Shown here: positions 1-9,363 of the stretch, piece after piece | Layout of the letters: every line of letters begins with the position of its first letter | How positions within the stretch are numbered: the stretch's first letter is position 1 | Source: Alphaproteobacteria bacterium | GTDB taxonomy: Bacteria; Pseudomonadota; Alphaproteobacteria; Rickettsiales; UBA3002 | Direction: 5' to 3' | Assembly (NCBI GenBank): GCA_035911175.1 | Contig: JAMHWA010000034.1 | Location: forward strand, 5,206 to 69,205 | DNA length: 64,000 bases | Position numbers and translations under genes: made by a program | Notes under the pieces: generated by a model | The model's database searches: none | Seen by the model: only the letters and a program-made list of their open reading frames with translations | What the model was told of the DNA's origin: nothing

Positions 1-225
1 CACGGCATGTTTGACCTTGCGACCAAATATAAGGAAGCGGGTATGGCGGGTTATGTGACCCTGCAGGACAAAGAATTCGCCGATGCCGCCAAAGGCTTCA
101 CCGCCGTGAAGCACCAGCGCGAGGTGGGTGTGGGCTATTTCGATGCCGTGGCCGAGGCCATTTCAGGCGGCAAGGCCAGCACCACCGCGTTTAAGGGGTC
201 AACGGAAGAAGAACAATTCCACTAA
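1..225 (+). CDS. aceA: isocitrate lyase, C-terminal fragment (5' part lies outside the window)
   Basis: Frame 1 is open from the window edge. The tail ...KHQREVGVGYFDAVAEAISGGKASTTAFKGSTEEEQFH matches the conserved isocitrate lyase C-terminus (E. coli AceA ends ...EVGTGYFDKVTTIIQGG..SVTALTGSTEESQF, recalled from memory). Confidence 0.8.
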   Translation, partial: HGMFDLATKYKEAGMAGYVTLQDKEFADAAKGFTAVKHQREVGVGYFDAVAEAISGGKASTTAFKGSTEEEQFH

Positions 226-322
226 GCCTCTGAATTGTAGTGGTGGGAAGTGAATTGTAGGTTGTCGGTGCGCTTCTTTTGCACTATTCACCACTCTCAC
301 TTCACAAACGACTGAGACGCTA

Positions 323-2341
323 ATGTTCCATTCTATCCTGATTGCCAACCGCGGCGAGATTGCTTCGCGGATTATGACCACCGCACGCAAGCTCGGCATG
401 CGCACGATTGCTGTCTATTCCGAGGCGGATACGAACGCGCTGCATGTGAAAAATGCGGACGAGGCGGTGTATATCGGCGCGAGCCCCAGCGTGAAGTCGT
501 ACCTCAATATCGACAACCTGATTTCGGCGATTGACCAAACAGGCGCGGAATGTGTGCACCCTGGCTATGGCTTTTTGAGTGAGAAAGAGAATTTCGCCCG
601 CGCGGTGGTAGAGCGCACCAGCGCCGCATGGGTGGGGCCAACGCCCGAGGCGATTCGCCTGATGGGTGATAAAATTGAATCGAAAAAAATTGCCCATGCA
701 GCGGGGGTGAACGGCGTTCCTGGCTTGCTCGAGGCCATTTCGGACCCCAAAGAAGCCCTGAAAATTGCCCGCGAGATTGGCTACCCTGTCATCATTAAAG
801 CCGCTGCAGGCGGTGGTGGTAAGGGGATGCGCGTGGTGCGTTCGGATGAAGAGCTGGCCGATGGCATGAAAATGGCGACGAGCGAAGCGCGCAGCAGCTT
901 TAACGATGCGCGGGTGTTCATCGAGAAATATTTCGATAATCCACGCCATATCGAGATTCAGGTGATTGCCGATAAATACGGCAATGTGGTGAGCTTAGGC
1001 GAGCGTGAATGCTCCATCCAGCGCCGCCACCAGAAGGTAATCGAAGAAGCGCCAAGCATGTTTGTCACCCCCGAAATGCGCGCCCAAATGAGCGCGCAGG
1101 CCATTTCGCTGGCTAAGCAAGTGGGCTATGTGAGCGCGGGTACCGTGGAGTTTATTGTCGATACCGAGGGCAAGTTCTACTTCCTTGAAATGAACACGCG
1201 TTTGCAGGTGGAGCACCGTGTGACCGAGCTCGTTACGGGGATTGACCTTGTCGAGCAGATGATTCGTATCGCCGCAGGTGAGAAACTGCCGTTCACGCAG
1301 GATGATATTAAAATCAACGGCTGGGCGTTTGAAAGCCGGATTTATGCGGAAGACCCGACGCGCGGGTTTTTGCCCTCGACAGGCCGCGTGATAAAATACC
1401 AAGAGCCCGAGGCCAAGCCTGGCACGCTGATTGATACGAGCATCTATGAAGGCGGCGAAGTGAGTATGTTCTATGACCCGATGATCGGGAAATATTGCAC
1501 CCACGCGCCGACGCGTGAGCAGGCGATTGACCTCATGGTCGATCAGCTCGGCGATTTCGTGATTCAGGGCATCGCCCATAACACCAGCTTTTTGCAAGCA
1601 GTGCTTAGCCACGAGCGCTTCCGCAAAGGGGATATTAGCACCAACTTTATCGAGCAGGAATGGCCCGCGGGCTTTACGGGTGCCGAGCTTTCTACCGAGG
1701 CGCAAAAAGTGTGCATGGCTGTGGCGGTGTTCTGTAGCTTGCGCGATATTGAGCGTGCAGCACAAATCACGGGGCAATTGCCAAACCGTTCGCCAGCGAT
1801 TGGCGCACGCTGGGTGGTGACGCTGGGTGGCAATGCGGTCTCGGTCTACAGCCGCAAAAAGGACTATGGCTACGATATCAGTTATGATGATGGCATGATT
1901 GTCATTCGCTCGGCATGGAAGCTGGGACGACGCTTGTTCCAAGGTACGGTGAACGGCAAGCCTGTCAGCGTGCGTGTGCAGCCATTAGCCGAGGGCTATC
2001 AGCTCAATTACGCAGGCGCCGAGGTGAAAGCCACGCTGCGCACCTTGCGTGTTGCGGAGCTAGGTCAGTACATGCCAGTGCGTGAAACTACCGTCTCGCA
2101 ATTTGAAATCACCGCTCCCATCGCAGGCCTTATTTCCGCGGTGCAGGTAGCCAAGGGCGATAAAATTCGCGCTGGCCAACAGCTATTCGTAATCGAGGCA
2201 ATGAAGATGGAAAACATCATCTATGCTGATGCGGATGCTGTGGTGAAAGATGTCCACGTGAAAGCGCCTGCAAGTGTCACTGCAGGACAGCTCGTGATTG
2301 AGTTCGAAGAACCCGCGAAGGAAGAAGCGAAAGCGGCCTAG
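323..2341 (+). CDS. biotin-dependent acyl-CoA carboxylase alpha subunit (biotin carboxylase + BCCP domain; propionyl/methylcrotonyl-CoA carboxylase type)
   Basis: 672 aa. N-terminal biotin carboxylase (ILIANRGEIASRI, GGGGKGMR, ATP-grasp). C-terminal biotinyl domain with EAMKMEN. No carboxyltransferase subunit is adjacent, so the substrate is not resolved. Confidence 0.85.
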   Translation: MFHSILIANRGEIASRIMTTARKLGMRTIAVYSEADTNALHVKNADEAVYIGASPSVKSYLNIDNLISAIDQTGAECVHPGYGFLSEKENFARAVVERTSAAWVGPTPEAIRLMGDKIESKKIAHAAGVNGVPGLLEAISDPKEALKIAREIGYPVIIKAAAGGGGKGMRVVRSDEELADGMKMATSEARSSFNDARVFIEKYFDNPRHIEIQVIADKYGNVVSLGERECSIQRRHQKVIEEAPSMFVTPEMRAQMSAQAISLAKQVGYVSAGTVEFIVDTEGKFYFLEMNTRLQVEHRVTELVTGIDLVEQMIRIAAGEKLPFTQDDIKINGWAFESRIYAEDPTRGFLPSTGRVIKYQEPEAKPGTLIDTSIYEGGEVSMFYDPMIGKYCTHAPTREQAIDLMVDQLGDFVIQGIAHNTSFLQAVLSHERFRKGDISTNFIEQEWPAGFTGAELSTEAQKVCMAVAVFCSLRDIERAAQITGQLPNRSPAIGARWVVTLGGNAVSVYSRKKDYGYDISYDDGMIVIRSAWKLGRRLFQGTVNGKPVSVRVQPLAEGYQLNYAGAEVKATLRTLRVAELGQYMPVRETTVSQFEITAPIAGLISAVQVAKGDKIRAGQQLFVIEAMKMENIIYADADAVVKDVHVKAPASVTAGQLVIEFEEPAKEEAKAA

Positions 2342-2344
2342 TTA

Positions 2345-2393
2345 TTGTCATTCAACTGTCATTCAAACGTCATCAAATCGTCATAAAAGTCAG
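2345..2393 (+). promoter_or_regulatory. tandem Pho-box-like direct repeats (four 11-bp units plus a partial fifth)
   Basis: TTGTCAT-TCAA, CTGTCAT-TCAA, ACGTCAT-CAAA, TCGTCAT-AAAA, then GTCAG. The GTCA cores start at 2347, 2358, 2369, 2380 and 2389. This matches the CTGTCAT-N4 periodicity of PhoB boxes. Confidence 0.55.
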
Positions 2394-2426
2394 CTAAGCA
2401 TGTCTTTATAACGAAGGAGATGAACC

Positions 2427-2939
2427 ATGGTTGAGTCGGTAACCACCAATGAGGCGCGCATCCGCGATTCTCTTGCCAAGCGCAGAGGTGCGCTAGACCC
2501 TAGTGAAATTGTTTTCAACGCACAACAGGCGGCGCTGAAAACAAATTTTCCAAACACTAATGTTACGCTAGAATATCTTATTGGGCAGCAAGCCACTGAG
2601 TCCTTAGTTCAAAATAAAGTAGCTAGGCGCGTTGCAATCGCGAACGACATACATAGAGCCACCAAAGAAACGGCACTCTATATGATGGTCGATAAGCTGG
2701 CGCCGAGTGCGATATCGCAGCAATTGGGCTACATACGACATGATACGCTTGTACCAGCGTTACAGGCTCTGCGTGAAGACGATACAAGTCTGAGCGGAAT
2801 CAGTGACGCATCCCTCGAGAAAATGGCTGTTGATGTGCAAACAGCAATAGAGAAAAGCGTGAATGCTGCATTGGCAAGCCGAACTACTGCTTCACACGCG
2901 GCGCGTTTGAGCGGCGATAGAGCCGGTAACGGCAGATAG
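2427..2939 (+). CDS. hypothetical protein (orphan, 170 aa)
   Basis: AAGGAG lies 7 nt upstream of the ATG. It fills an otherwise empty gap. No recognisable domain. C-terminus is ...GDRAGNGR. Confidence 0.65.
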   Translation: MVESVTTNEARIRDSLAKRRGALDPSEIVFNAQQAALKTNFPNTNVTLEYLIGQQATESLVQNKVARRVAIANDIHRATKETALYMMVDKLAPSAISQQLGYIRHDTLVPALQALREDDTSLSGISDASLEKMAVDVQTAIEKSVNAALASRTTASHAARLSGDRAGNGR

Positions 2940-2968
2940 TGCGCCGGATGCCGCGCTTAGAAAAAGGC

Positions 2969-4621
2969 TCAGCCCTTCGGCGCCATTTTCACTTTCATTG
3001 GCTCGGGCACAATGGCCAGAATGGCGGCTTCGTCGACCTCGTCGATCTGCTCGGGCGGTAGGAACATTTCGGCAAAGCGGCGATAGGTTTTGCTGGTAAC
3101 AAAGAAATCAACAATGTTGGGGTCGAGATGGTTGTTCTTCTTGAACTGGCCAATAATGGCCATCGCCTCGGATAAGGTTTTGGCCTTTTTGTAGGGGCGG
3201 TCATTCGCAGTCAGCGCCTCAAAAATATCCGCGATGCACATCATCCGTGCGGGTACGCTCATGGTGCCTCCAAGCACCCCACGCGGGTAGCCGCTGCCAT
3301 CCATTTTCTCATGGTGGCCGGTGGCATATTCGGGCACGCGCTGGAGGTGTTTCGGCCATGGCATGGATTCGAGCATGTTCACGGTGTGCACCATGTGGTC
3401 GTTCATGATCTGGCGCTCTTCGGCGGTGATGGTGCCGCGACGGGTGGAGAGGTTATAGACTTCATCCGTCGTGAGGAGTGGGTGCGACTGGCCTTCAATA
3501 TCGAGGGTGATCTGGGCAAGCCGCTTCAGTCGCTCGATTTTTTCATCTTCCATAAACTCGCCGCCGATATTGGCGGTTTTGAGAAAAGCAATGTCTGCAT
3601 TGAGGTTAGCGACATCTTCATCATAACGTGCATGGAGGGCCTTTTTGTTGGCGCCTTCGATGGCTATCTCCTCAAGGTAGCGGATGCGTGCTTCGCGCTT
3701 CAAAATCTCGAGACGCGCAATCACCAAGTGGATGCGGTCATAGATAGTTTCAAGTTTGGTGGCCTTGTCCATGATATGGGTCGGGGTCACCATTTTGCCG
3801 GCATCATGCAACCAGCCTGCAATATGCAGCTCGTATTTTTCTTCGTCGCTCATGTTGAAATTGCGGAAGAAGCCTTGCGTATCATTACAGGCGGCCTCGG
3901 CCAGCATTTCGGTGAGCACAGGTACGCGCACACAGTGCGAGCCAGTATAGGGCGATTTGGCGTCGATCGCCTGTGCCATCATTTTAATAAAGGATTCGAG
4001 GAGAATCTTTTGCTCGCTGATGAGCATTTCTTTGTCGACAATTACCGCCGCTTGGCTTGCAAGCGAAGCAATGATTTCGACCATTTCATCGGTAAAAGCA
4101 ATGGTGGCGCCCGTGGCGGGGTCTTTGGCGTTGATGAGTTGTAAGCAGCCAATAGGCTCCGCGCGGTGGTTGATCATTGGGATCGTAATCACAGAGCGGG
4201 TGCGAAACCCGTATTTCATGTCGAATTTTTTGGTGCCAGCGAAATCGAACTCGGTCGAGCTGTAGGCATCCACCACGTTGATGGATTCTTTTTTAACGAC
4301 AGCGCGGACCACTTGGGTGCGCAGATCCGGTTCGTCGGTGATGGGGTCGTAAACGCGCACAATTTTGAAGGGCGGTTTTTTGCCTGTGGTGCCGCCGTAA
4401 GCAATGCCAAGCGAATCGGTGCGCACAATGACATATTCCAGCACGTCGCCCTCGGCCGAAAGCAGGTAGAGGGTGCCACCATCCGCATGCGCGATTTCTT
4501 TGGCGGCAAGAAGAATATGCTCGAGTAATGTGTCGCGGTCGCGCTCGCTGCTGAGGGCTTTACCGATATTCGTCAGTCGCTTGGCGAGCGCTACGGCATC
4601 ATATGAGGGTGCTACTTGCAT
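2969..4621 (-). CDS. GAF domain-containing HD-GYP phosphohydrolase (probable c-di-GMP phosphodiesterase)
   Basis: 550 aa. N-terminal GAF-like region. C-terminal HD domain (WLHDAGK) and HHEKMDGSGYPRG, the HD-GYP signature. Confidence 0.8.
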   Translation of the reverse strand: MQVAPSYDAVALAKRLTNIGKALSSERDRDTLLEHILLAAKEIAHADGGTLYLLSAEGDVLEYVIVRTDSLGIAYGGTTGKKPPFKIVRVYDPITDEPDLRTQVVRAVVKKESINVVDAYSSTEFDFAGTKKFDMKYGFRTRSVITIPMINHRAEPIGCLQLINAKDPATGATIAFTDEMVEIIASLASQAAVIVDKEMLISEQKILLESFIKMMAQAIDAKSPYTGSHCVRVPVLTEMLAEAACNDTQGFFRNFNMSDEEKYELHIAGWLHDAGKMVTPTHIMDKATKLETIYDRIHLVIARLEILKREARIRYLEEIAIEGANKKALHARYDEDVANLNADIAFLKTANIGGEFMEDEKIERLKRLAQITLDIEGQSHPLLTTDEVYNLSTRRGTITAEERQIMNDHMVHTVNMLESMPWPKHLQRVPEYATGHHEKMDGSGYPRGVLGGTMSVPARMMCIADIFEALTANDRPYKKAKTLSEAMAIIGQFKKNNHLDPNIVDFFVTSKTYRRFAEMFLPPEQIDEVDEAAILAIVPEPMKVKMAPKG

Positions 4622-4716
4622 CCAAGAACTCTAGCGGATTATTCGCACGAGCACTAGGTATAGGCTGCACCTACGCACAATAGTCTTACTTTTTATTAAG
4701 GCTGTGTTCTAAAAGC

Positions 4717-5319
4717 CTAACCCAGACGAATTGCGCTAAGCGCATGCAATTGTGCAAGCAGTGGCACGAGTGCCAAGCCTTGCACCACATCGTGGTCGCC
4801 GGTCACGCGGGCAAATAGATGGCGACCCAGCCCCTCGAATTTATAAGAACCACAGGAGGAAAGGGGGGCATCCGCTGCAACGTAAGCATGGATTTCCGAG
4901 GGGGAAAGGGAGCGCATGGTGAGTTCGGCCATGGCGTGAAATTCCCAAACAATTTCTGCGCCGCGTGCCAGCGTCATGGCGCAATGTTGCTGGTGGGTTT
5001 GGCCGCTTAGGCGGGCAAGCTGTGCTTCGGCATTGGGGTAGGTATTCGGCTTCGAGAGCGCTTCACCCCCAAGCACACATATCTGGTCGGCGCCGATGGT
5101 GTAAGCATCAGGGTGCTGCGTGCTGACGGCCAGTGTTTTTGCGCGGGCAAGTGCTGCGGCCAACTCGGGGATGGGTGCGCCTTTCATGGCGGTTTTAATG
5201 GCGTCCTCCTCGACCCCGCTAGGCACCACACTAAAAGTGAGACCCACTGCCTTTAACATCTGCTGGCGAATGGAGGAGCCAGAAGCAAGAATCAGCGGCG
5301 CGGTTTGGGTGAGCGTCAT
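4717..5319 (-). CDS. maf: Maf-like nucleoside triphosphate pyrophosphatase
   Basis: 200 aa. LILASGSSIRQQML N-terminus and an overall Maf/YhdE-like pattern. Abuts folE. Confidence 0.8.
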   Translation of the reverse strand: MTLTQTAPLILASGSSIRQQMLKAVGLTFSVVPSGVEEDAIKTAMKGAPIPELAAALARAKTLAVSTQHPDAYTIGADQICVLGGEALSKPNTYPNAEAQLARLSGQTHQQHCAMTLARGAEIVWEFHAMAELTMRSLSPSEIHAYVAADAPLSSCGSYKFEGLGRHLFARVTGDHDVVQGLALVPLLAQLHALSAIRLG

Positions 5320-5964
5320 TTAGCCAATATCGCTTGCGGCGACCATGCGCATGACTTCAGCACGTGCATCGCGGTCCGTTTTAAACTCGCCGCGCATTTG
5401 GGTGGTGACGGTGGTGGACCCCGTTTTGTGCACGCCACGGGTGCTCATGCATTCGTGGTTAGCATCGATAATGACCGCCACGCCACGTGGGGCGAGTACT
5501 TTCTCGATGACATCGGCGATTTGTTGGGTCATCAGTTCCTGCGTTTGTAGGCGCTTGGCGAACACATCGAGCAGGCGGGCAATTTTGCTTAAGCCTACGA
5601 CTTTTTTATCTGGCAGGTAGGCAATGTGGGCGCGGCCAATGATGGGCACCATATGGTGTTCGCAATGCGATTCGAAATGCATGTTTTTGAGGAGGACGAT
5701 CTCATCGTATCCCGCCACTTCCTCGAAGGTTTTGGCAAGCACTGCCTCGGGGTCTTCGTCATAGCCCGAATAAAACTCGCGGTAGGCCTCGATGACGCGT
5801 TTAGGGGTCTCGACCAGCCCTTCGCGGCTGGGGTTGTCGCCTGCCCAACGGATGAGGGTGCGCACGGCTTCCATCGCCTCGTCGGCACTGGGGCGCGCGG
5901 TTTTTTGTTGGTTCTGGTTAGCCGCTGTCAGCGTGCTTGCTTTGGCCGTGGTGGGGGGCGTCAT
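5320..5964 (-). CDS. folE: GTP cyclohydrolase I
   Basis: 214 aa. Contains [20 protein letters not shown], the FolE zinc/active-site motif. Confidence 0.9.
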   Translation of the reverse strand: MTPPTTAKASTLTAANQNQQKTARPSADEAMEAVRTLIRWAGDNPSREGLVETPKRVIEAYREFYSGYDEDPEAVLAKTFEEVAGYDEIVLLKNMHFESHCEHHMVPIIGRAHIAYLPDKKVVGLSKIARLLDVFAKRLQTQELMTQQIADVIEKVLAPRGVAVIIDANHECMSTRGVHKTGSTTVTTQMRGEFKTDRDARAEVMRMVAASDIG

Positions 5965-6042
5965 AGTGCCTCTCGTTAAAAAATGAGGCTGGAATATACG
6001 GATTTTGGTGAGGAATGCAAGGAAGTAAGCGAATGCGGCGCA

Positions 6043-7425
6043 TTAGCGGCGCGGAGCTAGGCTTAATGAATTGTCAGGGTGTCCGCGGGCTTCCTCGATT
6101 GCCTTCAGATTTAGCCGCTCCTGCTCTGTCAGCGGATTACCAATCGTTTGAAGTTGCCCCTGCATGGTGGCGCGGATGGCGGCAAGGGGGTCATTGCTTG
6201 CTGCTGCTGCAATTTCTTGTGGAGCTGGGGTGCTTGGGCTTGGAGCGCTCGCTTGGCGCATGTCTGGATTCCAGCTAAAGTCTTTTACGCCCGCGCCAAG
6301 AGCTTCCTTGGCATGCATCTGCATTATAAATTCTTGGCTGGCGCTGGCAGTAGTGCGCGCGTCATAGGCCACACCCTCGGGTAGTTGCGAGAGGCTCGTG
6401 ATGGCTTTGCCATCAATCGCCACGTTACGCAGATGGACGCCGCTGAGATCTAGCCCATTCACGTTGCCGCTAAGCGTGACATTTTGTAGCGAAGATCCTG
6501 GCTCGAAATGGCTGGTCATCGAGATGGTGGACTTGCTTAAATCGGCATTCGATATGACGGCGCCTGTGCCGACGTCGAGATGGATGATACTAAAGCCATC
6601 GGAGGTTTTGATGTCACTGATTCGCGCGTGATCGCCAACCGCAATGCTCGCGCTCTTGCCAGAAATAGTGATGCCATCGACCGTGCCGTTAAAGGTTACG
6701 TTTCCGCCCTGGACATTTTCCAAACGAACATTCTGATAGTGTGCGCCCGCCCCGAAGGTAAAGCGATCACCTTCCGCCATGCCGCTGAAGGTTAGCCCTT
6801 GGAGGTCTTTGGCTTTGGCTACTTCCTCGTTGAACGAGGTTGCGGGCTCAACAAACGCTTCGCGCAGTGATGCGCCATTCAATCGAATCTCGTCATAAAA
6901 CTGGCCAATGGCAGGGTTATTAATCTTACCATCGCCATCGCGATCAAAACTGTCATAGTCTGCTTGGGTAGCAGGAGTCAGTTCGTATTCTGGTTTATTG
7001 GTTGAGCCAAGCTTCACAGCCTTGGGGTTGCTTAGTCGGATACCATCAAGATTCTGGCCAGAAAGGTCAGCATAGATTTTGGGGTTCCAACGACCGTTGG
7101 GGTATTCTTCCGATGCGGCGGCGAGCTTCTGCCCTTTTTCGCTGGCTGCAAAGAGTTCGCATTCTTTGCGGTAATGCTCGAGCGAAAACTGCTCGCCACG
7201 TTCCTTTGCCTTCACGCGCGCTTGAGTAATCAATTGAGCCTTGAGATCGAACATGGCTTGTTCTTCGGGGCTGCGCAATGGGCTCGATTTCGCGGTGGAA
7301 GGCAGGGACGGCTTATCCGTCGCGTAGTTTCCTAAGCCCCTCGCGAAAGCGGCAGGGTCTAGGCTATATTTATCGCGCGCCTGACGAAGAATGTTGCTGA
7401 TCGATAAGTCCATAACTACGAACAT
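6043..7425 (-). CDS. pentapeptide-repeat protein with an EF-hand-like loop (orphan, effector-like)
   Basis: 460 aa with no signal peptide. Pentapeptide runs ADLSG-QNLDG-IRLSN and NVTLS-GNVNG-LDLSG-VHLRN-VAIDG. Loop DRDGDGKINNPA resembles an EF-hand. Pro/Ser-rich tail ending ...SLAPRR. Confidence 0.7.
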   Translation of the reverse strand: MFVVMDLSISNILRQARDKYSLDPAAFARGLGNYATDKPSLPSTAKSSPLRSPEEQAMFDLKAQLITQARVKAKERGEQFSLEHYRKECELFAASEKGQKLAAASEEYPNGRWNPKIYADLSGQNLDGIRLSNPKAVKLGSTNKPEYELTPATQADYDSFDRDGDGKINNPAIGQFYDEIRLNGASLREAFVEPATSFNEEVAKAKDLQGLTFSGMAEGDRFTFGAGAHYQNVRLENVQGGNVTFNGTVDGITISGKSASIAVGDHARISDIKTSDGFSIIHLDVGTGAVISNADLSKSTISMTSHFEPGSSLQNVTLSGNVNGLDLSGVHLRNVAIDGKAITSLSQLPEGVAYDARTTASASQEFIMQMHAKEALGAGVKDFSWNPDMRQASAPSPSTPAPQEIAAAASNDPLAAIRATMQGQLQTIGNPLTEQERLNLKAIEEARGHPDNSLSLAPRR

Positions 7426-7438
7426 ACCATGCTATCCA

Positions 7439-7454
7439 TTAAGTTTTGGTTAAC
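7439..7454 (+). promoter_or_regulatory. CtrA-type box TTAA-N7-TTAAC
   Basis: The sequence reads TTAA GTTTTGG TTAAC, an exact match to the Caulobacter-type CtrA consensus. It lies in the divergent region between ORF 6043-7425 and the ppx-family gene. Confidence 0.45.
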
Positions 7455-7600
7455 GCCAATCGCGAAAATCCAAGTAATATCAAGCACTCGCGATGATATG
7501 ACCCAAATTGCTGAAATTTTTAGGGAATTCTCAGTTTTTGGGCAGTGGCTTGTTCGCGTGGGGCTTGTATCTCGTGGCTAGTTAACGCTATAGTGGTGGC

Positions 7601-8671
7601 ATGAAACAGGAAATCCCGCATTTAGATGAACTCACGCACGAAGCCGCCATGTCGGATTCGGTGCGCACGGATAGTGGCGAGCTTTACGCCGCACTCGACC
7701 TTGGCACGAATAATTGCCGTTTGCTGATCGCGAAACCCAGCTTCCAGCAGCACACGCAGCACAAAACCCTGAAGGTGGTGGATAGCTACTCGCGCATAGT
7801 GCGTTTGGGCGAGGGGGTGAGCGATACGGGCCGTTTGAGCGAGGAAGCCATGCGCCGCACGATGCGCGCGCTGTCGACCTGCAAGCAAAAGCTGGATCGC
7901 TACAACATCGCCAAGCTGCGCTTTGTGGCGACGGAGGCGTGTCGCCGCGCCAGTAATGCTGAGCATTTCCTCGCGCGAGTGAAGGACGAGCTCGGCCTGC
8001 CGATTGATATTATTTCAAACGAAGAAGAGGCACGGCTCGCGTTTCTGGGCTGTTCGTCGCTGTTGATGAAAGACACCAGCCACGCCTTAGCGTTCGATAT
8101 TGGCGGCGGTAGCACCGAGTTCATGTGGGTGAAGATCGACCCCGAGCAGCCACTCAACAGCCATAAGCGCCATTTGATTCAAGATTGGGTGAGCTTGCCT
8201 TACGGCGTCATGAACATGAGCGAGCAATTCGGCGGGCCTGCCTTCACCGAGATGTATTTCGAGGAGATTGTTGCCAAAATTAGTAGCCTGCTGACGCCGA
8301 TGGAGCGCGACAACCAAATCGCCGCGCGCATGTGGAAGGAAGATGTGCAAATGCTCTCCACCAGCGGCACGGTGACGACACTTGCCGCCATCCACCTCGA
8401 TTTGCCGCATTACGACCGTTCAAAGATTGACGGGATAAAGTTGAGTATCTCCGATATTCGCGGTGCCACGCAGACGTTGATGCGTATGAGCCCCGCCGCC
8501 CGCGCCGCCCACCCCTGCATTGGTTCGAGCCGTACCGATTTTATCCTATCGGGCTGTGCGATTTTCGAGGCCATTGCCCGAACCTTCCCGATCGATAAGA
8601 TTACGATTGCGGATAGAGGTGTGCGCGAGGGAATAATCGTCAGCCTGATGCGGGAAGTGATACCCGTCTAA
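7601..8671 (+). CDS. Ppx/GppA family phosphatase (short, single-module form)
   Basis: 356 aa. LDLGTNNCRLLIA and FDIGGGSTEF, the ASKHA-fold Ppx/GppA motifs. The start could be the later Met at 7649. Confidence 0.8.
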   Translation: MKQEIPHLDELTHEAAMSDSVRTDSGELYAALDLGTNNCRLLIAKPSFQQHTQHKTLKVVDSYSRIVRLGEGVSDTGRLSEEAMRRTMRALSTCKQKLDRYNIAKLRFVATEACRRASNAEHFLARVKDELGLPIDIISNEEEARLAFLGCSSLLMKDTSHALAFDIGGGSTEFMWVKIDPEQPLNSHKRHLIQDWVSLPYGVMNMSEQFGGPAFTEMYFEEIVAKISSLLTPMERDNQIAARMWKEDVQMLSTSGTVTTLAAIHLDLPHYDRSKIDGIKLSISDIRGATQTLMRMSPAARAAHPCIGSSRTDFILSGCAIFEAIARTFPIDKITIADRGVREGIIVSLMREVIPV

Positions 8672-9363
8672 TGGCCAAAGCACCCACCAAGAAAATCAAT
8701 AAGAAATCCGGCTCTCGCGGGCTGCATGTGAATGTGAAAACCGCGAAGAAGCGCAGCAACAGCAGTGCGCGCTGGCTGGCGCGGCAATTGAACGACCCCT
8801 ATGTGGCCAAAGCCAAGGCCGAAGGCTATCGCAGCCGCGCGGCGTTCAAGCTGATTGATCTGGATGAGAAATATAAGCTGCTCAAGCCCGGCATGCGCAT
8901 TGTAGATTTGGGCTGCGCACCCGGCGGGTGGAGCCAAGTGGCGGTGGCCAAGCTGGGCGGGCATGGCAAAATTGTCGGCTGCGATTTGCTGGAGGTGCCA
9001 AAGATTGTCGGCGCCGAGCTGATTGTGCAGGATTTTTTGGCCGAGGACGCACCCGACATCATGAAAAATCTGCTGGGTGGCAAGGCCGACCTTGTCATGA
9101 GCGACATGGCCGCCAACACCACTGGCCATACGCCGACAGACCATTTGCGCATCATTCATTTGTGTGAACTGGCCTATCTCTTCGCCACCGAAGTGCTAGA
9201 GCAGGGCGGTGCTTTCATCTGTAAAGTGCTCAAAGGCGGCACCGAGAGCGAACTGCTTAAGCAAATGCAGCGCGATTTTGCCACTGTGAAGCACGCCAAA
9301 CCCAAATCCTCCCGCGCTGATTCGGCCGAGAGCTACGTGGTTGCAACAGGGTTTCGGGGTTAG
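8671..9363 (+). CDS. rlmE: 23S rRNA 2'-O-ribose U2552 methyltransferase
   Basis: 230 aa. RSRAAFKLIDLDEKYKLLKPGMRIVDLGCAPGGWSQV, an FtsJ/RlmE signature. The start codon overlaps the ppx stop by 1 nt (TAATG). Confidence 0.9.
   Translation: MAKAPTKKINKKSGSRGLHVNVKTAKKRSNSSARWLARQLNDPYVAKAKAEGYRSRAAFKLIDLDEKYKLLKPGMRIVDLGCAPGGWSQVAVAKLGGHGKIVGCDLLEVPKIVGAELIVQDFLAEDAPDIMKNLLGGKADLVMSDMAANTTGHTPTDHLRIIHLCELAYLFATEVLEQGGAFICKVLKGGTESELLKQMQRDFATVKHAKPKSSRADSAESYVVATGFRG

Noticed and set aside
995-1942. 315-aa ORF antisense to the carboxylase gene, together with 320-949 on the minus strand.
   Set aside because: It is fully embedded opposite a gene with unmistakable biotin carboxylase motifs. Its Arg/Ala-rich composition is typical of antisense frames in GC-rich DNA.
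3311-4144. 277-aa ORF antisense to the GAF/HD-GYP gene.
   Set aside because: It is a mirror frame of a well-supported CDS and has no motif of its own.
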